DNA from: Patescibacteria group bacterium
GTDB lineage: Bacteria; Patescibacteriota; Patescibacteriia; JACRDY01
Assembly: GCA_041671565.1 (NCBI GenBank)
Contig: JBAZBH010000001.1
Coordinates: forward strand, 7,552-71,551
Direction: 5' to 3'
Length of the DNA: 64,000 nt
The notes under the pieces are model-generated. The model was not told where the DNA came from. It saw nothing but the letters and a program-made list of their open reading frames with translations, and searched no databases. The translations under genes and the position numbers were made by a program. Shown piece by piece: positions 46,228 through 56,500 of the stretch; the stretch's first letter is position 1, and the number at the start of each line of letters is the position of its first letter.

Positions 46228-47874
46228 TTAGTATATCTCCTTACGGTAGCACTCCTCGCAATAAATCTTCCGATACCCCCACTCCGCCGGATAATATGAA
46301 GTAATTTTCTGCCCACAAAGCCCGCAAGCGGCCTCGCGGCCGAATAAGCCGGCCATCTGGCGGAAGTTTTCGGTCACGCGGTAATTATAATAATAGCGCG
46401 GCAAAGGAATGTTATTCGCTTGATAAAACTTGATTTCCTGCGGGATATAGCGAAAAATCTTGCCGGTTTTGCCGCATTTAATGGTTTTATTAACCACCGC
46501 TTCGGTTTTCGTCCCCTGAATACTGTCCGGCAATTCCTCGACCGTTAAATCAATTTTGGGCTCGGTGATAATCTCCTCCTGCCAACCGGCGCCGCGCGCC
46601 GCGACCTGCTCGCGGTTTTCCGGGAAATAAAGATAAGCGAGCGTGTCATTATAACCGTTATACATCATCGACACCGGCAGATACTCGCCATATTCGCCGC
46701 GCGCGGTCATTTTTTCTTTGATTAGTTTAACCAGCCGGCGATATTCGGCTTCGGGATATTGTTTATTCAGAATACAAAAACTCTTTTTGCGAAGACCAAC
46801 ACAACCGAAACAATCATGGCAATCTTCGCATTGATCCAGGTATTCGCTGTCGCGGCAACGGATAGCGTAAACACAAAATTTAAAATTATAGCAATCAAGC
46901 GACTGGGCAGAGCCGCAACTGAGCTGACCGCGGTAAGGTCCAACCGAGTCATAAATATCTTTATTGCCTAGCGCCCGCATCAGATTAAAGCAATCTTCGC
47001 CCTCTTCCATAAAAAAACAGTCGCGGCAATTTTTGCTCTCAGTCAGATAGTTACCCGAGCAGTTAACGGTTTTAACATTAAAGTTATCGCGGTGGATCGC
47101 CTCGGCAACTAAAACTTTTTTAAATTCAGCTTTTAAGTCCTGAATTGTGAACCAAGAGCCGAAATTGATTTCGGCGATTTTCCGCTCATACTCCGCCGCG
47201 CTGTATTGCTGATTTTTGATGCAGTATTCGGCGTTGCGGAGGTTCCAGCACATCAGACAATTCTTGCAGCCACGGCAATCATAGAGAAAATAACTATCCA
47301 GGCAGTCGCGGCTTTCCAGTGAATAATGGGTATTGTAACACTGCCAACAGCGAGTGCAGCTGTAGCATTTTTCCAGGTTATAAGAGTAGACCGAGTCAAA
47401 ACAATCTTTACAACCGACCATGCGATAACCAAAATACAAATCTTCACTTTCGGCAAAAGAACGGGTGAGATAACAATTCTTGCTGGTGTAAGCATCGTCG
47501 CAGTATTCACAATTAACATTAGTACCGTCAGTCAACTGATGATAATGCGGCGTCTTTTTTTGCAGGGCGGTTAATTGTTCGAGAAACGGCTGATCCAAAT
47601 TTACTTTCGCCTCCGGCACCTGCCAATTGTCTTTCAACCAATTTTCTCTTTTATAAACCGGGAACGGCGCCTGGGGTGAAAATGTCGAAATAATACTTTC
47701 GCCGGTCTGATCGCATTTTCTCTGGTAAAAATTGCCGAACGGCCAAAACGACGCCAAATGCTGGCGCCGGCAGTTGACGCAGAGCGTCGGCAGAGGCACG
47801 CCAATCCGGCCGTAGAACGCACGGTCCTCGGGGGAAATAGTAAACGCGGTTTGGCAGTTTTTACAAGCAGGCAT
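46228..47874 (-). CDS. Cys-rich zinc-ribbon/repeat protein, paralog 2
   Basis: Same architecture as 44472-46130; start MPACKNC at 47874 (the longer ORF reads through a repeat element). Confidence 0.85.
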   Translation of the reverse strand: MPACKNCQTAFTISPEDRAFYGRIGVPLPTLCVNCRRQHLASFWPFGNFYQRKCDQTGESIISTFSPQAPFPVYKRENWLKDNWQVPEAKVNLDQPFLEQLTALQKKTPHYHQLTDGTNVNCEYCDDAYTSKNCYLTRSFAESEDLYFGYRMVGCKDCFDSVYSYNLEKCYSCTRCWQCYNTHYSLESRDCLDSYFLYDCRGCKNCLMCWNLRNAEYCIKNQQYSAAEYERKIAEINFGSWFTIQDLKAEFKKVLVAEAIHRDNFNVKTVNCSGNYLTESKNCRDCFFMEEGEDCFNLMRALGNKDIYDSVGPYRGQLSCGSAQSLDCYNFKFCVYAIRCRDSEYLDQCEDCHDCFGCVGLRKKSFCILNKQYPEAEYRRLVKLIKEKMTARGEYGEYLPVSMMYNGYNDTLAYLYFPENREQVAARGAGWQEEIITEPKIDLTVEELPDSIQGTKTEAVVNKTIKCGKTGKIFRYIPQEIKFYQANNIPLPRYYYNYRVTENFRQMAGLFGREAACGLCGQKITSYYPAEWGYRKIYCEECYRKEIY

Positions 47875-47884
47875 AGGAATAATT

Positions 47885-48027
47885 AAAAGTGTAAAAATCA
47901 AAATGGAAAATGACAATTTAAAATTAAAAATGTCTAGTAAGCTAGTTAATTCATTAAACCGCCGAGAAGCTGGCAATTTTACATTTTACACTGTCATTTT
48001 TATTTTTGATTTTTAAACTTTACATTT
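47885..48027. repeat. Degenerate AT-rich fold-back element (AAAAT-based arms)
   Basis: AAAAGTGTAAAAATCAAAATGGAAAATGACA ... TGTCATTTTTATTTTTGATTTTTAAACTTT. Confidence 0.75.
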
Positions 48028-48071
48028 GCCAACAAATTTTCTTCATAAATTCATAAAACCCGTTACAGTTA

Positions 48072-48620
48072 TTAGCGCCTACCTTCAACTAAGTACACCG
48101 ACTTAAACCGCCGGCTAAATAGCCTCAGCGGAATAAACACCAAAGTTAAAATTAAGGCGAGGAAAAAAGCCTGCCAGCCAAGATTGGCGAAATAATCACC
48201 TGTTAATTCAATCATGAACGGCTGCCAACCCAGCCAAAAAGCCAAATTAAGGTAAATAAAATTAAAAAGTGAATATACTCCGAGGCCCAAAAGACTGAGT
48301 GAGAGCAAAGAATAAAGCGACCGATTGGTAAAAAATAACTTAAATAAAAAGTTAATCAGTAAAACGGCGCCCAGCAGCGGGAAAATAATGCCGCCGAAAA
48401 ATAACGGCGAATAGACTTCCAAAATCAAACCAGCGACCGCCGCTAGGTAAAGGCCCAACTGATAATTCACCAGCAAGACCACAAAAAAAATAAAAACTAA
48501 AATCAGATTAAGCTGGCTCCAGGGCCTCGCCAGCGCGCCGATAAAGCTTAACTGAAAAAAAATTAAAAATAAAAGCCAAACCAGAATACCGCCATTTTTA
48601 ATTATTTTAGCCGCGTCCAT
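48072..48620 (-). CDS. mreD: MreD-like membrane protein
   Basis: Five hydrophobic segments directly downstream of mreC. Confidence 0.65.
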   Translation of the reverse strand: MDAAKIIKNGGILVWLLFLIFFQLSFIGALARPWSQLNLILVFIFFVVLLVNYQLGLYLAAVAGLILEVYSPLFFGGIIFPLLGAVLLINFLFKLFFTNRSLYSLLSLSLLGLGVYSLFNFIYLNLAFWLGWQPFMIELTGDYFANLGWQAFFLALILTLVFIPLRLFSRRFKSVYLVEGRR

Positions 48621-48650
48621 ATTTTTGGTTTTAATCTGCTAACTGGCGGA

Positions 48651-49448
48651 CTAAGGAATTAAGACTGTGACCAGACTCAGCCGCTGATAATCCACCAAGG
48701 GATAAATGTAAGCCTTGGCAAAAAGTTCGCTGGCATTTGCTTCCACCTTGTCAACCAGCCCTAAAAATAAACCGCGGGGAATATTTGATTGCAGGCCGGA
48801 AGTAATAATCGTTTGTCCGGGATCGATCTTCTCGTCTTGGGGAATCATCGTCAGTTTAACGCTAATGCCATGCTCGCCTTCCATAATGCCGACAGTTTGC
48901 TGTTGGTTTTGCACTGTCGCCGCCACGCGGCTTTGGCTGTCGGTTAAAAGGAGCAAAGTGGAAAAATTTTCTTGCACTTCAATAATCGTCCCCACCAAAA
49001 CGCCTTCGCCGGCGATTACCGGGTAGCCAACCTGAATGCCATCGGCCCGACCGCGATTGATAATCAAACCAGAAAGGCTGTTTTCGGCGACGCGCGAAGT
49101 AATGCGAGCGGTCACAAAATGATAACCCTTGCCTTCCACAAAATTCAGTTGCTGGCGAAGCAATTGGTTTTCTACCTCCAAAACCTTGAGTTGCGAGACA
49201 TCCAGCGCTAATTGTTCAAGTTTGGCCTTTAAAACTTGGTTTTCCTCGGTCAAGACGGCTTTAGTTTTAAAGCCGCCGGCGGCCGTGCCGGCTTCGGTTA
49301 AAGCGCCTTGGGCGGGTCCGGCTAGCTGAATGAACCAGTTGGTCAAAAAATTATTGCCCCACCGCCAATATAAAAAAACCAGCGCGAGACAAACCACCGC
49401 GCCAATCAGCCACCATTTAGTTCCCCGCTTATAACCAACTTGGTACAT
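48651..49448 (-). CDS. mreC: Rod shape-determining protein MreC
   Basis: TM, coiled coil ENQLLRQQL, INRG..DGI..G.PV, TSG. Confidence 0.92.
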   Translation of the reverse strand: MYQVGYKRGTKWWLIGAVVCLALVFLYWRWGNNFLTNWFIQLAGPAQGALTEAGTAAGGFKTKAVLTEENQVLKAKLEQLALDVSQLKVLEVENQLLRQQLNFVEGKGYHFVTARITSRVAENSLSGLIINRGRADGIQVGYPVIAGEGVLVGTIIEVQENFSTLLLLTDSQSRVAATVQNQQQTVGIMEGEHGISVKLTMIPQDEKIDPGQTIITSGLQSNIPRGLFLGLVDKVEANASELFAKAYIYPLVDYQRLSLVTVLIP

Positions 49449-49458
49449 AAAACTAAAG

Positions 49459-49983
49459 TTAATCTAATATTTTGGCATCATAATTTTTTACATAATGCCT
49501 GTAATAGCCAATAAATCCGCTTATTAAAAACGATCCTTCGGCGATGACTCCCATCGGCGAGAAAATAATCGCGTTATACAAAACAATTATTGATGTACCA
49601 CCCATCATTAATTTTCTCATCAACCTGTTGTCTGCTTGAAAGTTTCCAGTGATAAAAATGATTAATCCAATATAAATTATCAAATCGGACAGGGCCTTAT
49701 AGGTGAAAAATAATGAAATCGTGTTTAGCGCGATAAAGACAAACAAGTATTTTTTATTGGTGGTGAAATAGCAGGTGATAAATCTCAAAACGGAAATAAA
49801 AACAATAACACCGGCCGCTGTTTTATTTAATAAAAAATAATGGGCGCTGATTAAGCTGGCTGAAACAATCAAGCATAAAAAAGTATATTCTCGCTTTTTA
49901 TATTGCAAACTTAGAAAGTCAAAGCCCATGGCGATAGCCATCGCGACTTGCGAGATTATAAACGGAAGCGTTAAGTCAGGCAT
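49459..49983 (-). CDS. YgjV-like inner membrane protein
   Basis: Hydrophobic; SLQYKKR...HYFLL...R pattern; lower GC than its flanks. Confidence 0.75.
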   Translation of the reverse strand: MPDLTLPFIISQVAMAIAMGFDFLSLQYKKREYTFLCLIVSASLISAHYFLLNKTAAGVIVFISVLRFITCYFTTNKKYLFVFIALNTISLFFTYKALSDLIIYIGLIIFITGNFQADNRLMRKLMMGGTSIIVLYNAIIFSPMGVIAEGSFLISGFIGYYRHYVKNYDAKILD

Positions 49984-50016
49984 AGAAAGAAATAAAAAAG
50001 CCCCAAATAACTATTT

Positions 50017-51066
50017 CTAGACATCATTAGTGGAGGGAATTAATAGATCTTTGAGATTATCCAAATCTTCCAAAATCAGGCCGGTGCCGCGCGCCACGCA
50101 AGTCAGCGGATCATCGGCGACGCGCACCGGGATCTGGGTGATTTTGGAAATCACTTTATCCAGATTTTTCAGGAGCGCTCCCCCGCCGGTTAAGACCATG
50201 CCGCGCTCATAAATATCGGCCACCAAATCCGGCGGCGTAATTTCTAAGGTCGCTTTGATATTCTCAATGATGGTTTTAACTGACTTCGCCAGCGCCTCGC
50301 GGATTTGACCGTCGGTCACCATAATTTCTTTCGGCAAGCCGGAAATCAAATCGCGGCCGCGCATTTCCAACTCCAGCGGGTCTTTGAGCGGCCCGGCCGA
50401 GCCGATTTTCTTTTTGATTTCTTCAGCCACCGGCTCGCCCAAAAGCAGGTTAAAATTTTCCCGGGCGTACTGGACGATATTACGGTTCATCTCGTCGCCG
50501 GCAATGGTAATCACTTTAGCAGTAACAATGCCACCAAGAGAAATCACGGCAATCTCGCTGGTGCCGCCGCCGATATCAACGACTAAATTACCCACCGCCT
50601 CCTGCACCGGCATCCGCGCGCCAATCGCCGCCGCCATGGCTTCTTCCACCAAGAAAACCTCGCGCGCGCCGGCGGACAGCACCGCGTCTTCGGCTGCTTT
50701 CCGTTCCACTTCCGTCACTTCCAGCGGCACGCCGACAACGACCCGCGGCCGCGGAAAAAATGAAAAGCCCTCACCGTGCACTTTATTAATAAAATATTTC
50801 AACATTTTCTCCGCCACTTCAAAGTCGGAAATCACGCCGTTAACGAGCGGCCGCGTCACCAATAAATGTGGCGGCGCTTTGCCGATCATCCGCTGGGCTT
50901 CCGCGCCAACCGCGATAATCTGGTCGGTGCGGGTATTGACCGCCACCACCGACGGCTCGTTAATCACGATCCCCTTACCCATAACATAAACCAAGGTATT
51001 GGCCGTACCGAGGTCAATACCCAAATCTTTGGAAAAATAGCCGAGTAAGCGATCAACTAAAAACAT
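50017..51066 (-). CDS. mreB: Rod shape-determining protein MreB (paralog 2)
   Basis: IDLGTANT, EPSVVA, DIGGGTSE, TGGGALL. Confidence 0.97.
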   Translation of the reverse strand: MFLVDRLLGYFSKDLGIDLGTANTLVYVMGKGIVINEPSVVAVNTRTDQIIAVGAEAQRMIGKAPPHLLVTRPLVNGVISDFEVAEKMLKYFINKVHGEGFSFFPRPRVVVGVPLEVTEVERKAAEDAVLSAGAREVFLVEEAMAAAIGARMPVQEAVGNLVVDIGGGTSEIAVISLGGIVTAKVITIAGDEMNRNIVQYARENFNLLLGEPVAEEIKKKIGSAGPLKDPLELEMRGRDLISGLPKEIMVTDGQIREALAKSVKTIIENIKATLEITPPDLVADIYERGMVLTGGGALLKNLDKVISKITQIPVRVADDPLTCVARGTGLILEDLDNLKDLLIPSTNDV

Positions 51067-51135
51067 AAAATAATAATCATTCTAACTGTTTAAGCTCCTT
51101 CGTTGATAATCCACGATGGTCATAATTAAACGACC

Positions 51136-51185
51136 GGCTGAAAAGCGATGCGAATGCTACAAATTACATGCGAATACTACGAATA
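51136..51185 (+). repeat. Solitary left arm of family A
   Basis: GGCTGAAAAGCGATGCGAATGCTACAAATTACATGCGAATACTACGAATA. Confidence 0.85.
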
Positions 51186-51190
51186 ATTAA

Positions 51191-51583
51191 CTATTCCGCT
51201 TGCTGGTTGTCTTTACTGAATGACAAAAATAAAAATTCTAAGAGTGACAAAAAGGCGACCAAGATTAATCCCAGCCACCAGGTTAAAAGGCTTAAACTAA
51301 CTAGTATCAACGAGCCGACAAGTAAAAGTGAAAATAATAGTCCCTGGCGGAGCGCCACCGCCACTTGGCGGACCGCTAAATCCTGGCGCACCAAAAGGCG
51401 CCGCAAAGCCAGCCCCAGAACGGCAAACGAAGTTGTTAAAGCAAAAAATAGGGTTAAGTAGAAAAAAAATAAGCCAAGAAAACCAGCCACTTCTGGATTA
51501 ATGCTAAACAGCACCACCACCCACGCGGCCCAGCAAAAAACCGCGATAATCGCCATAAAAAACAGGTATTTCTTTAAGGTCAT
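51191..51583 (-). CDS. Conserved four-TM membrane protein
   Basis: INPE...FFY..LF, RQGLL, LEFLFL. Confidence 0.8.
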   Translation of the reverse strand: MTLKKYLFFMAIIAVFCWAAWVVVLFSINPEVAGFLGLFFFYLTLFFALTTSFAVLGLALRRLLVRQDLAVRQVAVALRQGLLFSLLLVGSLILVSLSLLTWWLGLILVAFLSLLEFLFLSFSKDNQQAE

Positions 51584-51641
51584 AAGGAGTGTTTAAGGTG
51601 GTTATATCTTAACAAAAATTGGGGTCTAAAACAAGGGTGCG

Positions 51642-51781
51642 AATTTATAAATAATTTCCAATTTTTAATTTAAAATTTCTAACCAATTTATAATTTTTAA
51701 TTTTAAATTACCACGAACTCGGTTGGAGGCTTAAAATTAAGAATTAAACCTTAAAAATTATTAAATAATAAATCTCAAATT
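51642..51781. repeat. Degenerate AT-rich fold-back (AATTTT-type arms)
   Basis: T-rich AATTTTTAATTTTAA arm followed by A-rich TTAAAATTAAGAATT arm around a short GC loop. Confidence 0.55.
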
Positions 51782-51820
51782 CTCCGCCAACTCCTGCCCG
51801 CCGAAGAGGACGCGCTACAA

Positions 51821-52309
51821 CTACCGGTAGACTGCGCAGATTCTTCGCACCCATTTAAACTGCCTCAAGCTTTTAATAGGATAAGGCATATGGTCAAACC
51901 ACCGATCGGCAAAAGATTCGACTGTCAGTTTTATCACTTTTCCTAAATATGGGTCGGCTAAAAATATTTTATCTTTTTCCAGGCCGACAACCACAGAAAA
52001 ATGCGCGCCTTGTTCCGGGGAAAACCAATTAACAATCACCGGCACCTTCTTTTTAATAAACTTTTTTACCTCAACAATCGATGAATTGTCTTTACAAAAT
52101 CCCTTAAAACCAATTTTAGCGACCGCAACAACAAATTTATCATCTGGGCAACCCTCGTTTCGGTTAACTTTTCCGTTCTTAATCTCCATGGCAGTCAGTC
52201 TGGCCCAATACATTTCCGACTGTTTCACGCCATAATAATCCATCACCATCTTAAAACACGCCGGCCCGCAAAAGCCATAAGATTGCTTAAAGATTTTTAG
52301 TTTGATCAT
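51821..52309 (-). CDS. Peptidase C39-like protein
   Basis: Q..GFCGPAC, HFSVVVG, ADP catalytic pattern. Confidence 0.85.
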   Translation of the reverse strand: MIKLKIFKQSYGFCGPACFKMVMDYYGVKQSEMYWARLTAMEIKNGKVNRNEGCPDDKFVVAVAKIGFKGFCKDNSSIVEVKKFIKKKVPVIVNWFSPEQGAHFSVVVGLEKDKIFLADPYLGKVIKLTVESFADRWFDHMPYPIKSLRQFKWVRRICAVYR

Positions 52310-52321
52310 ATAACAAAATAA

Positions 52322-53140
52322 TTATATTTTTTCATCTGCCGATTTATCAGCCTTTTTAGTAACAATAAAAGCCACATCTTTAAAAGCCGCCGTTTCATTT
52401 TTTTCAATAACCACCGGGTATTGAGCTTCAAATTTTTCTTTTAGAAAATCAAAGTATTGACCTTGCGTTCTAGCAACAAACAATTTACCGCCGGGATTTA
52501 ATTTTTCAATGGCGGCGCCGAGCGTCTGATCAAAGTATCTATCCTGAGGCAAGAAACCGCTACCTGAATAAAGCAACTCGCCAGCGCTATCAATTTCCAA
52601 ATCAAATTCCGGCTTGTCTGACATTTCCAAAATACTCCGCCATTTGGCGTCATTGGGATGCAAATCAGAACTTATTTGGGATAAAATTTCTCGGCTTTCC
52701 GCCGCTGATAGATTAATTTTACCTTGTTTAATATCCTGAACGATGGCTTTCTTTCTTCTTTCCGCTCTCTTCTTTACGAGCGAAGTTCCAAAAACTTCAA
52801 CCTGATCGCCGAATTTTGAACGAATTTGGTCATTGAAAAACCCGAAACCGCAGCCTAGGTCTAAAATTTTCATTTTACCTTTTATGCCAGCCGCTTTTCT
52901 CGTTTCAATCATTCCCGGTATCACTTCATTTAAAAAATCAACCCCGTGCAATTCATTGATAGTATAATCGCCTTCTCGAGAATAATCGCCCATTTTTCTG
53001 TCTGCCAGCCGACATTCCATAACTCGCCGATCGCGAGGCTTTTCGACATAATGATCTTTCGCCGCCGTGCTCCATTTCTCGCCAAAATGTTTTTTACTCT
53101 CGTCGCTCAAAAACGGCCGATTTTCAAATGCATTTGCCAT
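52322..53140 (-). CDS. Class I SAM-dependent methyltransferase-like protein
   Basis: ILDLGCGFG, LNPGGKLF. Confidence 0.8.
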   Translation of the reverse strand: MANAFENRPFLSDESKKHFGEKWSTAAKDHYVEKPRDRRVMECRLADRKMGDYSREGDYTINELHGVDFLNEVIPGMIETRKAAGIKGKMKILDLGCGFGFFNDQIRSKFGDQVEVFGTSLVKKRAERRKKAIVQDIKQGKINLSAAESREILSQISSDLHPNDAKWRSILEMSDKPEFDLEIDSAGELLYSGSGFLPQDRYFDQTLGAAIEKLNPGGKLFVARTQGQYFDFLKEKFEAQYPVVIEKNETAAFKDVAFIVTKKADKSADEKI

Positions 53141-53165
53141 AGATTAATTTTAATTATAACCCGCG

Positions 53166-53459
53166 CTAAGTAATAAACCTCAACTTCTTCACCAATTCCT
53201 CCCCGCCGAAGCGGCCGTTCAAGAGTTGAATAGCGCGGCGCTGATTGAGCTGGAGTTCTTGGGCAATGGCCGGCGACAGGCAGGCAACAGTCAGAGTTTT
53301 GTCTTTGAGATACAGCGCGCGGACCTTTTTGCCGGCTGGCGTGCCTAAAACTTCCACTGCCACCTCGTCAAAGGCGGCCGTCACCCGCGCGGCGTCAACC
53401 TGAACGGCGATGCCGGCGACTTTAATTCTTTTTTGCAGTAAACTTCTTAACGAGTCCAT
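53166..53459 (-). CDS. DUF721/DciA-like protein
   Basis: L.V.C.SPA.AQEL...I..LN...V..LRF pattern. Confidence 0.75.
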   Translation of the reverse strand: MDSLRSLLQKRIKVAGIAVQVDAARVTAAFDEVAVEVLGTPAGKKVRALYLKDKTLTVACLSPAIAQELQLNQRRAIQLLNGRFGGEELVKKLRFIT

Positions 53460-53477
53460 ATTTTAATAATTCATTAG

Positions 53478-53526
53478 TATTCGTAGCATTCGCATGTAAT
53501 TTGTAGCATTCGCATCGCTTCCAGCC
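53478..53526 (-). repeat. Solitary family A arm, inverted relative to 51136-51185
   Basis: Reverse complement reads GGCTGGAAGCGATGCGAATGCTACAAATTACATGCGAATGCTACGAATA. Confidence 0.85.
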
Positions 53527-53588
53527 AGATAATTAGTACGACCATCGCGAATTAACCACAAAAAACCTAAACAATTAACACAATTAGC

Positions 53589-56500
53589 TTAATTCTCTCT
53601 AAACTCGCAAATTTCCCGGAAGTCGCAAAAGCGGCAGGGCCAGCCGGGCGTAGCCGTAAAATCCGACCCTTGAATCCGATCAATGATATTTATAATTTTT
53701 TCTTGGATTTTTTCTTTATCTTTCTCCGAACCGATAAACGACACGGCTTTATTTTCCTCAATGTAATAATAAGTCAGTTTCTGCGGCTGCAGCCCAAAGG
53801 CCTGCTCGGCCGCCAACTGGTAAATCAAAAGCTGGTCGCGGTCGTCGTCTTTGACTTCGGTTTTCGGTTGGCCGGTTTTATAGTCAATAATTTCCACCCC
53901 GCCAGCCACTTGGTCAATCCGGTCCACCCGGCCGGAGATTTTGTACGGGCCAACCGCGATTTTAAACGGGCTTTCCAGTTTAATCGGCGTCGGCCGATCT
54001 TGGCTGATTAGCCGATAATACTCTTTAAGTATTCGCCGGCCCTTGTCGCGGTATTCCTTTTTCTCGGCCGCATTTTTATACCAAGTATCCACCCAACTCG
54101 CTTCATAAAGCTCAAGCAAAACTTCCCATGACGGCAGAGCCAGCTTGTTGCCCGCCTTGGCGCCAAATAAATCAGATTGTCCCCCGCCCTCCAACATCTG
54201 GTTAAAAAACTTTTGCAAGGTCACATGAATGGTGGAGCCAAAACTAAAGCTGGGTTTGCCAAAAGTCGGAATTTTAAGGATATAGGCGTATTTATACTGG
54301 AGCGGGCATTTTTCAAAACTGGAAATCTGCGAAAACGGGAATTTGTCCGGCAAAGGCAACTTCGCCGCCGCCCCGCCAGCGCTAGTAGCATATTTAACCG
54401 TCTCAATAGTTTCCTTGTTCTCTTGTTCTCTTGTTCTCTTATTCTCTTGTCCCCCATACCCCAACTCCGCCAAAAACCGTGACGGCTTTTTTTTCTGTGA
54501 CCCGCCGTAATCTTCGGCGGAAGTCAAAAATAAGCCCAGCTTGGCGCGCGTGGCGGCCACATAAAACAGCCGCCGTTCTTCCTCCAGATGAATGTCGCCC
54601 GAGGGCGCCACTTCTTTGACCAGCTCATCGGGCAATTCAATGCTCTCGGCCCGTTCCGAAGTGGGAAACCGCAAATGAACCAGATTGACAATAAAAACAT
54701 ACTTGAACTCCAGCCCCTTGGCGCCATGAATGGTCATCACCCGCACAACATCCGGCCCGGCCTCGACATCCGCCTGCAGGCCGCCTTCTTCACCCGACTC
54801 CAACTCTAATTTCATTAACTCCAGAAAATCTTTCAGCTTCGGGTCATCAATTTCTTCTTCAAAGGCTTTGATTTTTTTATAAAATTGGTTCAAATACAGA
54901 AGATCTTCGCGGCCTTTCTCGTTGTCTAAGTCTTTCAAATAACGGACATAACCCAGCTCGGTCAAAAAAGTTATTAGCAGTTCGCCAACTGACTTTTCTT
55001 GCGCCAGCTGGGTGTGCCGGACAACAAAACTTAAAAGCTGATTAATTGTGTCTAGGGTTTTCGGCTCCAGGCCGGACATCAGGGCCGCCTTTTGCAGACT
55101 TTCATAGAGTGACCAACCCTGGCGGTAAGCCTGATGCGACAACTGGACTAGATCTTGCGGCGCGATTTTGAACATCGGAAAATTCAGCACCCGCCAGACG
55201 GCCGGACTTTCGTGATAATTGTCCAAAAGCTTGAAGTAAGCGAGTACATCTAAAATAACTTCTTTGGCATAAAGCCCGCGCAGGGCCAAAAACTGAAACG
55301 GCACACCGGCGCGGAGTAACGCGGCGTTAAATGGCTTGGCCGAAGCGTTCGCCCGCACCAAAATGGCAAAATCCGACCACTCGGTCTCCGGGTCGGCCTT
55401 TTTTAAAGCCAAAATCTGGTTGAGCACGCCGGCCACTTCCTCGCCGACCGTGCCATAATGCCGGTGCTCGATTTGGCCGCCGATCTCGTTTGCCGCCTTG
55501 AGCTGTTTATCAATTTTCTTGAATTTTTTGAGATTAACGCCCTTTTTTTGCGCCTGTTCTAATATCGCCGCGGATTCATTCAACCGGCACTCCAGCCGAT
55601 TGGGGTTATTGCCTTGGATAAATTTATAAGCCAAGTCCAAAATGTTTTGCGCCGAACGGTAATTCTCGGTCAGTACCACTTCCTTGGCCGCCGAATAATC
55701 GCTTTTGAATTCCAAGATATTAGAAAGTGACGCCCCGCGGAAGCGGTAAATCGCCTGGTCGTCATCACCCACCACGGTCAGATTATTTCGGGGGCTCGCG
55801 AGCAGCTTAATCAGTTGATACTGCGCCCAATTAGTGTCCTGAAACTCGTCCACCAAAATATATTTAAATTGTTCCTGATAACGCCGGAGAATCTGCGGCC
55901 GGTCTTGGAATAACTTCAAAGTATAATTAATCAAATCGCCAAAATCCAAAGCGTTGTTATCAAGCAATAATTGCTGATAAACCTGATACGCCCCCGCCAC
56001 CTCGTTTAATCTTTTAACCTCCATTTCATCCACCGCCTCTGACTTATCCTCTGACGGCGAATTATTGTCTTGTTCTTTTGTTCTTTTGCCTGCCCCGCGC
56101 ATGCTGGGGTTCTTTTGTTCTTTTGTTTTAATGTTCTTGTGTTTTAATGTCCTCCCCCCGCTACTCTCCATCCCATCCAAATTAATTTTCAACTTCTCGG
56201 CGTACTCCAAATAGTCCCCGGCCGAAATCATTTCGTCTTTCGCTCGAGAAAAATGTTTCAGGAGCGCATGGATAAACTTAGTTGGGTTGCCCAAGGGGTG
56301 GTAATAGTCCAAGTTAAACTTAGCCAAATTCTGCCGCACCAAAAGCCACTGCGCCGTTCCATCCATAATTTTAAAATCGCTCGGCAGACCAATGTCCAAG
56401 GCGTGAGTTTTTAGAATCCGCTCGCAAAACGAATGGAAAGTCGCAATCCACAAATCAACATAACCGTAAGGTAACAGCCGGTCCACCCGCTCTTCCATTT

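Noticed and set aside
44472-47874. Diversity-generating retroelement suggested by the shared C-terminus of the Cys-rich paralogs
   Set aside because: No reverse transcriptase, and no template/variable repeat pair with adenine-specific differences was seen.
47875-47976. N-terminal extension of the 582-aa ORF (similar extensions at 24830-24883, 21200-21253, 31396-31416)
   Set aside because: Extensions read through repeat elements; paralog or family alignment points to downstream ATGs.
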